This document shows, in pieces, positions 37,601 through 49,557 of a stretch of 64,000 nt of DNA. Each line of letters begins with the position of its first letter. Position 1 is the stretch's first letter. The stretch is from contig NC_081333.1 in the NCBI RefSeq assembly GCF_022539665.2, forward strand, positions 7,006,001 through 7,070,000, read 5' to 3'. Both the position numbers and the translations under genes were made by a program. This stretch comes from Daphnia carinata (lineage: Eukaryota). Below the pieces are notes generated by a model. That model did no database searches, had not been told where the DNA came from, and was given only the letters and a program-made list of their open reading frames with translations.

Positions 37601-40600
37601 TTCACGGCCGACGTCTATGACGAATTGCTGACTGGATCGGAAATTCAATATCAAATCGATTCCGTCAACGAGTTTTCAGCATTAGAAAAAATCGCAATGT
37701 CGGTCGAGAGTCGAGACGTGGCTCGCATGATGACCGCTTTAGCCCACCCGATCCTCGGCATTAAGCGACTCAACCCTGATTATTGTTCCGCATATTTGGA
37801 AGCCTTGCACTCTGCCATCTGTGGTGACAAGGGCGTTGAACTTTGTGACGTGCAAGCCTTGGTTAATCAGGTCAACCACGAAAAAGAATCTGTAATGGAA
37901 CGTCAGCGCTACGTCAATGCCATCAATATATCACTTGAAGGTTCTGACCCGAATCGCACGCTTCAAATTTTACGTCAACTGCTGGATACAGAACCCATGT
38001 CCGAGCTGGTGGTGCTCGAATTTGCCGCCGCACTTTACCACGAAGAGATGAACCACTTTCGAGCAATCACTGAAGAAGATCTCAGCTTTGAAATGATTTG
38101 CGGCGCTATCCGCACATTAACGCAAGTCGCTCAGGTCACGCAAGCTGTGGATGGCCGTAACGTGACGGAACTACTCTTCGTTTTAGAGGAACCGATGCTC
38201 AGCTTTGACGGTATCAATACGAGCTTGACCGAATCCTACATGGCAGCCTTGACGGAAATGCGCCGTGATAAGATCCGTCAAGGAGAATTTTGCACTGTGC
38301 TAACTCACAATGAGGTTCAGTGCTGCATTATTCGAGTGAACGAAGATATCGATCGCAAAGACATTGTCCAGGTGATTCAACGCGCTGTAGACAGTGGAGA
38401 CGCAATTCAGCTAGCCGTCCTTTTGGGTTCCACTGGTCTAGTGGACCAAGATCCCGTAGAAGAACAAGCTCCTCTGTACTTGCGGCTTCTAAAGACACTT
38501 ATTGAAGCCAAAAGACGAAGCCATAATTCTGATGCCTCATTATCGATGACGGATATCGAAGAAATGTTGCGCAGGTCTCGCGAATTAGCTACCGAGGCCG
38601 AAGAAGTTTGCTTGGTCGTGACAGGCCTCAATAACTTGCGAGATCCAGCCGGATTCGTCGAGACGTTCAGCTCTCCTTACATCAATCTTCCAGATTTGAG
38701 TCGTGCTCAATTCCAGGCTTGTACGAAACTACTAGGTTCACGAATTCGGGGCATCCGTATGGAACAGTTACCGCCATCGAAAGCCTGGGTGATGCATCGA
38801 TTGGAACAGGGGATTCCCGTTTACCTCAACGTCAAGACACAACAGATAAGTTGGGAAAAACCTCGGGATTACACCGAGTCTGGTTTAATTGGGCTTCGTG
38901 AATTCGAGGATCTGGTCGTGTCGGTTGTCAAAGACGATGATATTGAGGCGCTAATCATCAGACTGCAAGCTTGTGCTAGAGGATATCTCGTCCGGGAAAG
39001 GATTGCATTCCGTCTACATCACTTTCATAACAACGTCAGCGCGGTTATCAAAATCCAGGTTCTATATTTTAAAACAAATATTATCAATAACGATATAAAC
39101 AATTTAATTATGTACAGACTTGGTGGCGCACTGTAATTCAGCGCCAACGGTACCTACAGTGGCAACAACGTCAACGAGAAGAGCGACAAAAACAACCTCA
39201 ACGTCGAGACCTGAAATTCTTTTCGCAGTTTTTAGATGACATTGTGTTGATTCAAGCGTGTTGGAGACGTTGGTTGGCACTACGGGCTTATCGAGCCATC
39301 AAGCGTGGGGACATGCCTCTTTGTACGTTGCGTCGTTTCCTCCACCTGCTCGATATCGGACAGGTAATTCGTTGAATTAAGTAATCCGATATGGAGCCCA
39401 AATAATTGTCTTTTTCTAATATTGGCAGCGCGATTATGATGAAGAGATGCAAGTTCAACTGCTCAAGAGTGACGTCGTCCAGACCATTCGTCGTAATAAG
39501 CAGCTTGAAAAAGATCTGAACACAATGGATATTAAAATTGGCTTACTGGTTAAGAATCAAATTGCCCTCCAAGAGGTGGTAGCACATGGTCATAAGCTAC
39601 GTAAGTTCATTATATTCAAACTAGAAAAATCCAACAGAATAATTTATCTGGTTCATTTTTTATTGTTTGTTTGTTCGTTAACATTATTTATTTTTTAATA
39701 CCATAGGTAAACATGTGAATAAGGCAGCTGAACAACAGGAACGCAGCTTAGATAACCACCATTTCACTCGACCGGGCATCGAATTACTCTCTTTGACCAA
39801 AACAGGCCGTCATAAGCTAGAGGCCTACCAGCATCTATTTTACCTCCTGCAGACAGAACCACGTTACCTGTCCAAGCTACTATTCCTGCAGCCGCAAAAG
39901 ATGCCCGAAACCATGATTTTGTCGCTCTACAACTATGGCTCCAACTTGCGAGAAGAATACTTGCTTCTAAAATTGTTTAGATGCGCGCTAGAAGAAGAAG
40001 TCCGGCACAAAGTCGACAACCTCAGTGACATATCCACTGGCAATCCTCTCGTGATCAAACTGATTCTGCAGCTAAGCCGACAGGGTCACCGCGTCGGACA
40101 GCTTCGAGAATTGCTCGGACCTATCGTTGAAAGAATCCTGAAGGAAAACATTTTTATTAACCTCAGTCCGGTGGAAATCTACAAGTTGTGGATTAACCAA
40201 CTTGAAAGTGCCTCCGGAGAGCCTTGTGGTCTGCCTTATGAAATTAGCGCCGAAGATGCCCTTAAACAACCCGAAGTTCAACGCCGTCTGAAAACCAATA
40301 TTGAATTCCTTAAGGCCGCTACGTCCCTTTTTCTTGAACAGATTACCTATTCTATACGCAATATCCCATATGGCATGCTTTACGTAGCTAAAGTTTTGGC
40401 CAGGGCATTACGTAACAAGTTCCCTTTGGTTCCTGAAAAGGACGTTTTAAAAGTTATCGGTAAGAGATTTATTACAGCATCTTCCCAGAAAGAAATTAAC
40501 TCCTTATCTTGCAGGCAATCTGGTGTATTATCGATACATTAATCCGACCATCGTATCACCGGATGCGTTCGACATCATTTCCGTATCACCCACGCAAGTT

Positions 40601-42123
40601 TTGACTACTGACCAACGACGCAATTTGGGAAATGTTAGTTTTTAATTAAATTATATAATTATTTTTTTTTTCACGGTATTTTATTTTCTTCTGCTTAATT
40701 TACTAGATTGCAAAAATGTTGCAATTTGCTGCCTCAAAGAAAGGTTTCGCTGAAGAGTCGCCTCATTTGATGTGCCTGAACCCGTTCATAATCGAGTGCC
40801 ACGAGAAATTCAAAGCATTTTTTAAGGGCTGCATTCAAGTGGAGGAGCCTGAAATTGAATTTGGCATGGATCAGTATAGCGAGGCCACGTTGATTACCAA
40901 ACCAACTGTCTGCATGTCACTTCAAGAAGTAGCAAATATCCACCAGTGCTTGGTAGAGTATGAAGATGTTTTGGCCCCACAACCCGAAGATCCCCTTCAT
41001 CAGATTCTGGACGATTTTGGAAGCGGTGACCAACGCAACCATCCTTCCATTCAATATCTCTTGGCTGGCGAAAGCAAAGAAAACGTTGGGACTTTTCAGG
41101 ATTTGAACGAAGTAGCCAAAACAGAAATCTTCCTGACGCTCACCAACAAGTTTGAAATGTCCATTTCGCCTCAAGAAGAAAAAAACCAAAAGCTCTTTGT
41201 GGCCACGAAGCAAATGCTCGTCTCCATTTTGCGTTGCTGCCATGGCGACAGCCTTAAAGAGATTATCATCCGACCAGCATCTATAGAGGAACAAGCCGTT
41301 TACACGCAGTTCTGTCGTCAACAAATGCAATCTGAACAAAACAGTTCTCGCTTTGTTTCTCGAGTTGTTTCCAATACGGATACAACCGAAACTGTTTTGA
41401 ATTCGCTCAAGATGAGGGTTTCGAGAAACCTGCGCAAACTGGAACAAGTCGGGCTGGTCGCCAGTTCAGATAATTATGCTGTGCTGGTAGCTGCCTTAGC
41501 GCGAGATGTTGTTACTTTGCGAACGCACCGACGCGCTCGATCCCAAGAACTTGATCGTCTCTTGTCAACTAAAAGGCTACTAGACGAGAAGACTAAATTC
41601 CACGAAGAGCAGGTAAATTCTTACCAAGAGTATCTGGAAACCTGTCTCAAGAATTTGACGCTGGGTAAAAATCAGAAACGGATCCTCCAGCACCGAGCTG
41701 AAGGCAACCATCTCCAGCTAGCCAACGCTCTGAAATCTCGAACGATGTTGCATTATTCGGCCACCAAACTTCATCAGAAGGGCATCTTGATCGACATTGA
41801 AGGGTTGCCCCATGCCCACTTCAAATCAACGTTCTTTGATATTTGCCCGGCCATCGAATCGGGCGTGTTTGACGTCACGGCCAAGTTTATGGGCGTCAGC
41901 GTTGAGAAAGTTCAACTCAACATTCAGGTATCAAATTTCGTTCAACTCAGCCAGACAACTTAATACAATTTTGTTTTTCCGGTGTTTCTCGCAGGATTTG
42001 CTTCAAATGCAGTTCGAGGGTGTCACCGTTCTAAACATTTTTAAAAAGGCAAAAATTAATGTTAACCTCTTAATTTTCTTATTAAATTCGAAATTTTACG
42101 GCAAGACGTTGAAGAAGAAGTGA
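34654..42123 (+). CDS. IQGAP: IQGAP (Ras GTPase-activating-like scaffold)
   Basis: CH domain (AYEYLCHLEE, LRNGVFLAKL, FRHTDNI), IQGAP repeats, WW (WVMHRLEQGIPVYLNVKTQQISW), IQ motifs (LQACARGYLVR), GRD with GNLVYYRYINP, and RasGAP_C ending INVNLLIFLLNSKFYGK. A short first coding exon at 34654-34684 (MENSAMASDP) splices in phase to 36753. The 5' exon is less certain than the rest. Confidence 0.93.
34737..36500 (-). CDS. Secreted JHBP/takeout plus group-7-allergen-like (TULIP lipid-binding) protein
   Basis: Signal peptide MKWLNFFFLVFLCASS (ATG at 36500), then LLEHFKQDDPLGIPGAPIPDPM, FDNLGFFGSLFQ|GIINSVGTFIFDSIKP, DPFSIPEY..NGTLHGLSTIHR. Six GT-AG introns, stop at 34737. Family assignment is by recognition, not search. 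Confidence 0.8.
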
Positions 42124-42870
42124 ATTTGCGCAACTAAAACTGTATATTCTAATAATGTAACACCATTCCAATTGATCTTTCTATTTGCCTGGCGGCGAGT
42201 AGTTATGCCCACCCTGTTGTTGCTTACGCTTAGTTTCTCGAAAATTTTGCCGGTATGGATTATCTAATAGTCCGGTGATTGTAATTTTGCTTCGTCATGT
42301 CCCTTCCTCCGCCGCCAGCCTTCTATTATATACTATTACACTACAGATGCCATCAGGGAGCCATGGTTGTTTTTCCTCTCCTTTTGTACTATTTTTGCCG
42401 CGTTACGTAATTTTTTAACCATAATCATTGTGATTAATAGTTATCTTGACACGCCTTCCCAAGTTCAAACGTGATAGCAGTTTACTGCTTTGTTTTCCTT
42501 TGGAAAGTCGCGCGCGTCATCAGCGTGATCAAGTTCCCTTGAACTTGAGTCGACCTTTTACAAGGATGAGATCTGGTTGGTAGAGAAAACGTTTGGGTGG
42601 TATCCCATGAGCGCAAAAAAAAAGAAAGGAAAAAAAATTTAAATTGACTCGGTTTCAACCAGGATGCATCAGTGAATGCGTATCGCTCAATGCGCTTAGT
42701 CGAGGAAAAAAACAATCCTTAGGCCTATCTTATCTCCGAAATTTTAATTTAACTTCTTTATTTTTGCTATTGAGATTTCCCCTCCGCCCTCGCATTGTTC
42801 TGACTAGATTGGTTTTTTAGCACAATCGGTCAGAGATGTCCACCTGATAGACATGTGTTGATATTTAAAA

Positions 42871-45244
42871 ATGAGATTTTTAAAGAAATTAAAGCGCGTC
42901 ACTGTTCTAGTCGCGCAGCACGTCACACGCGTAGTCAAAGTGATTTGGTCATTTCTGGCGACGCAGGAAAAAGCAGATGACAGAAAATTTCCTTGGAATG
43001 AAAATCGACTTAGCGATGGTAAGAGAACAATACACGTAATAAAAATAGTACTTAAAGACTACATAAATTCAATTTGCATTTGGAAAAACACCCGTTATGT
43101 TTAGGGGATATATTGCCAAAGGGCAAACCTTTTTCCGAAATTCCTGGTCCATTACCCTTACCTTTTTTTGGAAGTCAATGGCTTTATTCTTGGATTGGCC
43201 CCTACTTTCTTGATAAATTACATTTAGCAAATGAAGGCAAGTACATGTGATCATAGGCAATTATATTTCCCTGTGATCTAAGACATCTGTGTTTCTTTTT
43301 GTTTTTCTTTTCCAAATAGATAAATATTTCAAATATGGTCCTATCGTAAAAGAGCACTACCTTTGGAACTTCCCCATCGTACATCTGTATGACAAAAATG
43401 ATATTGAAACTGTTTTAAAGTATTCTAGTAAATATCCCATAAGACCTGGGCTGGAAGCTCAAATCTTTTACAGGAACTCTCGTCCAGATAGATACAAAAG
43501 TGAGTGGAAAATCAGGTTTAATTTAGAGAATCCCATTTAATGATTTATGATATCTTCTTTGATTGTAGGTGTTGGATTAGTCAACGTGTAAGTATTTTAT
43601 GTAACATCATAGCATATGCTGAATCGTAATTGCTCTAGTTTATTTGCCTGATGAGTAGTATTAGATGGAGAGTGATAATGTTCAACTTAACTTATATATA
43701 TAATTGGAATTCCCCTGAATAAGCTGTTAATGAGGTATTTCATTTTGGGATTCAGTCAAGGATTGGAATGGCATCACTTAAGAAGCAAACTAACAACTCA
43801 GCTAGCCAGCACTGCCCTTGGTGATCATACTGTAAAGCAACTATCAATTATATCAGAAGAACTGATAGAAAAAATTCGTGACGAACGAGATGCCAAAAAT
43901 ATTATAGAGGAATTCGAAAAATATATCTACAGCTATGGCCTAGAGGGTAATGAGCGCAAATGCGCAACAAATAGCAACTTATTCCTAATTTAATTTTGTG
44001 ACATACAATATTTTCTCCCTATAGTTATTTTTGCCATTCTCTTGGGTCGGCGTCTGGGAGCTTTAAATAAGAGTTCAATCCCACCTATTGCTGAACGTTT
44101 AATGTTTGCAACAGAAAATCTTTTTGAAGTGTCTCATGAAACTATGTATGGACTCCCTTGGTGGAAATATTTTCCTACCAAGTCTTATAGAAAGCTAGCA
44201 GAATGTGAGGACATCATATACGAGTAAACCCAAATAGCCATACTACCTCAGTTATTTCGAATTCCTCACATCTTTATTTTATATGAACAGCGTATTTTCA
44301 GATCTGGTTAAAGAAGCCCTAATTAATGACGAAACCACTGATACCCAGTCACCCGTTCTGAATCAGATTTTGACTGCTGAAGGCGTTGACACCCGTGATA
44401 AAATCGTCTCGCTTATAGACCTAGTGGCAGCCGGTATTGAAACGGTTTGTACAATGGCTTACGTGCTAGAATCGAAAGATAACTAATCGTTTCTTTTTCC
44501 CCATTTATCTAGACTGGCAATGCCACCTTGTTTCTTTTACACAATATCCTAAACAATCCTGAGGTAAAGGTGCGCGTGTACGAAGAACTGGACCGAGTCC
44601 TTCCTTCTCCAGAAGACACAATAACTCCGCAGCTTCTCGTAGAGTTAAAGTACCTTAGGGCATGCATCATAGAAAGTCTTAGGTAACAATAAAATGGTAA
44701 TTGGTGTTTTCCGTTTAATTTCATTTTGGAAGTCTAGAATGACACCGGTGGCTCCAAACGTGGCACGCATATTAGAAAAACCATTTACTTTTCAAGGCTA
44801 TCACGTTCCTGCAGGAGTAAGTTTCTGAACAGCCATTCAAAAATAAGTCCACTTAGTATTCTATTGTAATTTCTATAGACGTTGGTGGTTTGCGAAACTT
44901 GGGTGGCTAGCCTTCAGGAAGAAAATTATCTGAACGCAAAAAGTTTCATTCCAGAACGTTGGCTTGATAGTGACAAACCCAATCGCTACCCTTTTCTTGC
45001 AGTCCCATTTGGTGTTGGCCGACGGATGTGTCCAGGAAAACGAATTGCCGAAAACGAAATGTTGATCATCACCGCTAAGGTAAAACACGCGTTAAGTAAA
45101 GTGCATTCGTCTATTTACCCATCTCTTCTGGCTTAGCTATTACGAGCTTTCGATATAAGCTTCCACGAACCTCTAGAGCAAGTTTACAAGTTTCTTATTT
45201 CGCCCAAAGGACCGATAAAAGTGATGCTTCGAGAACGGTGTTAA
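42871..45244 (+). CDS. shd: Cytochrome P450 CYP314A1, ecdysone 20-monooxygenase (shade)
   Basis: IPGPLPLP, KYGPIVKEHYLWNFP, SKYPIRP..YRNSRPDRY.SVGLVNVQG.EWHHLRSKLT (shade-typical), AGIETTG I-helix, ESLR, FIPERW, and heme motif PFGVGRRMCPG. Includes a 19-nt micro-exon at 43569-43587 and a GC donor at 43237. Confidence 0.9.
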
Positions 45245-45667
45245 AATTCAAAAATGTTTTTATTTTGTTTATAAAATTCATGACTTGGAAATTCTTTAAA
45301 CATAATACACTGATATTATTACGTTTTGTTTTTGAATAAATCTTCATCCAGAACACGACTTTTAAAAATCGGCTGTCAAGTGTCAACCCCCGAAAGTGCG
45401 ACCCAACCTGAAAGTGGTTCCTTCCTTCGCGAATTGGCGATGGCGATTGTTTCCACCAAGTAAATCCACGTAGTAGCCATATGTGGTCTAAATCCACAAT
45501 TTACCCGCACCTACGCATATGCGCTAATACTGCTGACGTGTACTTCAGGCCTCAGCTGAAGTCTGTCACTTGTGCTACGTCAACCTTCGGGTTAATTTCT
45601 GCAAATTCGTTAATCGTTTGACAACTTCAGTTAATGAAAGATTAGTCAGCGGTCACATTTCTTTAGA

Positions 45668-48070
45668 ATGGAGAGTATCTCCACATTGTTAGTCGCCGTC
45701 ATTGTTGGTGTATTGCTTAATAGTATTTATTGTGCACCAGTAGATCCTAAAAAATCTACAGAAAAACCTGCTGATGCAAACGGAGTTGGCGATGCAGGAG
45801 GAGTAAGTAATTGTCTGCAAGCTTAGCTATCATAATGAACCTACTAATAATCTGGCTGTTTGCTATCACGTAGTGGTATACTGAATGTGCACATTATGAT
45901 ATTGTATTCATTTATTCATTCATTTATAGGAGACTGGCTTAGAATACAACAGGTATCTTCAAGAGGTTGTACAGGTGTTGGAAAGTGATCCAGATTTTAG
46001 GCAAAAACTAGAAAAATCTGATCCTGAGGATATTAGGGTAAGTCACTGATTGCCGAGTAGTAACACTTCATTTCCGTTATTGTTTATGTGTATTTTCCTG
46101 CAGACGGGAAAAGTTGCAAAAGAATTGGAGTATGTGAATCATCATGTGAGGAACAAATTGGATGAATTAAAAAGGCAAGAAATGGAGCGATTGAGACATC
46201 TTGCTGTTCAAGAGTATGAAAGAGCAAGAGGACTTGGAATCCCTCATGATGGAAGACTCAAAATTCCTGGCCATATAGATCATAAAAGCCCCTCTTTTGA
46301 GACTGAAGATTTGAGGAAACTGATAGTCCAGACCTCTAAAGATTTGGAGGAAGCTGACAGAAAGAGAAAGGAAGAATTTAAAGAATATGAGATGCAGAAA
46401 GAATTTGAGCATCAGAACAAAATGAAGAATTTGGATGAAGAGAAAAGGAAAGCAGAAGAAAAAGCATGGGAAGAGGCTCAGGCAAAGCATAAGCAACATC
46501 CTAAAGTATTTGTAAAATATAAATTTTTTCTGAGCAAAAATATAAAAATTATTAATTCAGATGCATCATCCAGGAAGCAAACAACAATTAGAAGAAGTTT
46601 GGGAAGAGCAAGATCATCTTTCACCTGAAAGTTTTGATCCGAAAACATTCTTCAAGTTGCACGGTCTGTCTGGATACACATTATCGTATTTACTCGTCAT
46701 AGTGATGCAACTGTTTTTAAACGACTCACGTATCCTCTTCAGATTTGGATGGAAATGGTGTTTGGGATGCTGACGAAGTCAAAGCTCTCTTTATCAAGGA
46801 GTTAGACAAGGCATATGATCCGAATGCTCCTGAAGATGACATGGCTGAACGCTACGAGGAGATGGAACGGATGCGCGAGCATGTATTCAATGAAACGGAT
46901 ACAAACAGGGATTACTTGATTTCGTAATATCCAGAGAATATCCTCATAATTTTATGAAGCATTAACGAACCATGTTTTTTAGGTATCCGGAATTTTTAGA
47001 GCAAACCCGAAAACAGGAATTTGAGCGTGATCCTGGTTGGAACACTATTGATGAGCAACCCGTCTATTCTCAGCAGGAGTACATGGAGTTTGAACATCAA
47101 CGCCAAATGGAAATCCAACGGTTAATTGACCAAGGAATGGTACGAAATGCAAGAATTGCAAACATTTTGTTTTATTTTTTAGTTTATATTTTTTTTTGTC
47201 CTGCACTTGGTAAGCTTTTGTAATTGTAGTGAATAACGTGCTAAGATTATTAGGCCGATGTTTCCTTAAAAACAGTATTTTTTTGGTAGTGCTTTGGGGC
47301 TACTTATACCCTATGTAGTGCATGTCAAATTTACGTTTTGTTCCATCCCATTCCTTATGTTAGCTGCCTCCCCATCCCGATGTGATGCGAAATCATCCAC
47401 GAATGCCCAACGAAGTGCCTTACGGCGTTCCACCTCAGCAACCTTACTATCCTTCTCCCCCTGTTGCCCAGCAAAACATGGTAGGTCAAATGTTCTCTCC
47501 CTGTTATTTCCGCGTGATTTCGCTTGATAGAGATTAGAAATTGAATTTAGGAAAAAATTCATTGTTATATTATATTAAATATAGATAACCCCAGAAGAAG
47601 CCATGAGGATGCAACAACAATACGGCCAACAGCCTCAATTTGCCCCGCAACAGCATAATGGACAGCCTCAGTATGTTCCACAGCCGCAGTATTACGGTCA
47701 ACCACAGTTTGCGCAGCAACAATTTGTTGCTCAGCCGCAACATCCTCAGTTTGTTCCACAAGCTCAACAAGCAGTTCAACAGAATTTCCAACAACCAGCT
47801 CAGCTCCCACAATTACCAATTCAGCAAGTGCGCCAACAACAGCCAACTGATCAGCAACCGATTTCGCAATATCAGATTCCTGCACAGCAACAACCTTCCA
47901 TCCAACAGCAACCTTCCATCCAACAGCAACCTTCCATCCAACAGCAACCTTCCGTTCAACAACAGCCTCCTGTACAGCAGGTCCCCCTCCAGTCGCAACA
48001 AAGCCAACAAGCAGTTTCACCTCAATTGCCTGTTCAACAGCAACAAATTTCATCTGCAAAACCAGCTTGA
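45668..48070 (+). CDS. NUCB: Nucleobindin (EF-hand secretory Ca-binding protein) with Q/P-rich tail
   Basis: Signal peptide, [54 protein letters not shown], and EF-hands DLDGNGVWD and DTNRDYLIS. Confidence 0.95.
47885..47970 (+). repeat. 18-bp coding repeat (QQQPSI)
   Basis: cagcaaccttccatccaa repeated three to four times in the last NUCB exon. Confidence 0.9.
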
Positions 48071-48506
48071 TTGCTAACGACGCTAATTTCATTTCACACG
48101 AGTTATTTTCCCAATATTATTTCACGAATTGACGAAATAAACCTATTAAAGACATAAAAATTAGTTTTAGAAAATTGAAGTTCCATCATTTTTTATAATG
48201 GGCTCTTGCAGTGGCAAGTTTTCATGAAATTTTTAGCATATTGTGCATCAGCCACTGTGTAACAGTAATGCTTTAATCAGAAATTTCAAAAGATTGATAA
48301 CGACAAACTCGATTAATTAATTTAAAAAGGTATTTCTTGTCTGATTCATTGGTTGTCTCCTTGTCAGTTTTTTACCGCTCTCTAGATTCAATTACTTAAC
48401 TCTGGCAACGCCGCGTTTTCGTCAATCCATTCCACTGATTTTGGAAAGTAGGTACTGGGTGAGAGCAAGAGTCCGCATAAAACCGTTTTCGGAGCAACTG
48501 CACAAC

Positions 48507-49234
48507 ATGGCCAGCGAAGAAAGTTCGACCATTCCGAAGGACAACCAAGTTACTCCGTCCAACGAAGAACCCGAAACAATGGTATGTTAATGTGTCTTAA
48601 TAATAAGCAAAAACTGAATTGAATCAATTTTGTGTACATGTCCTTCTGTTCTTGTAAACATCTCTACGCACGTATGTTTACCTTACATGCTATCGTTTTC
48701 TATTGAAGGTTATGTTATAATTCTTTTAAATAGCTTGTCTAACTTTTTTTTTATTGTCTATTAGACTTCTCAAAGGGATATTGAAAAAATGGAAGAGGAG
48801 AAACTGAAAGCCCGTTACAACAATGCCCGACCTGTTACTGGACACTCAGCATTCTTGCAAAAAAGGCTTGCCAAAGGCGTAAGTAGCTTCTTCAAATGTT
48901 TGTGAGCATGTTTATTCTTAAATTTAAAAAAAATGACATTAAAATTTTTTTCATTCACCATGGCTAAAGCTTGCAAACAAACATAGCACACCAATCTTAA
49001 TCAAATTTATCATTTTTGTTATTTTAGCAAAAGTACTTTGACTCTGGAGACTATCAAATGGCTAAACAGAAAGGACCAGCTAAGATACCAAATGCTGCAG
49101 CACCAGCAGCTGCAGCAGTAGTTCCACCTGCCAATCTTGGACATCCTACCGGTGATGCCATTCCAACTCCGGAATCTGTCCCCACCAGGAAAACATCAAT
49201 CATTCAAAGCAAACTGGCAAGTCCTGCCACGTAA
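48507..49234 (+). CDS. ENSA: Alpha-endosulfine / ARPP19
   Basis: Three exons giving [36 protein letters not shown] (Greatwall site FDSGDY) and [17 protein letters not shown]. Not in the ORF track in this frame. Confidence 0.95.
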
Positions 49235-49557
49235 AAAATTTAAGCAACATCACCTGAAACTCTTCACGTTCGCAGGCATGAATTTGGTATCGGGCAGTTT
49301 GTATACAAGTTTTGGTGTTATATCTTCATGTCGTGTTACGTTTCGGTGTCTGCAATTCAGTTTTTTTAAAATCTACTCTTTGGCGCGCTCTTTACTTTTC
49401 CGCCTCTCTTTATATTTTTTCGCTTGAAATGATGAGAATAACCTGGAGTTCCGTGAATCGGAAGACGCTAGATAGACTCCTTTCTCCCGGACAAAAATGA
49501 AAATACATACAGTGGCACCACTTCACGAAACAGATATTTTTATTTGTCAGCATCTCC

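Noticed and set aside
47565..48092. 175-aa antisense ORF over NUCB
   Set aside because: Consequence of CAA/CAG-rich sense codons lacking antisense stops.
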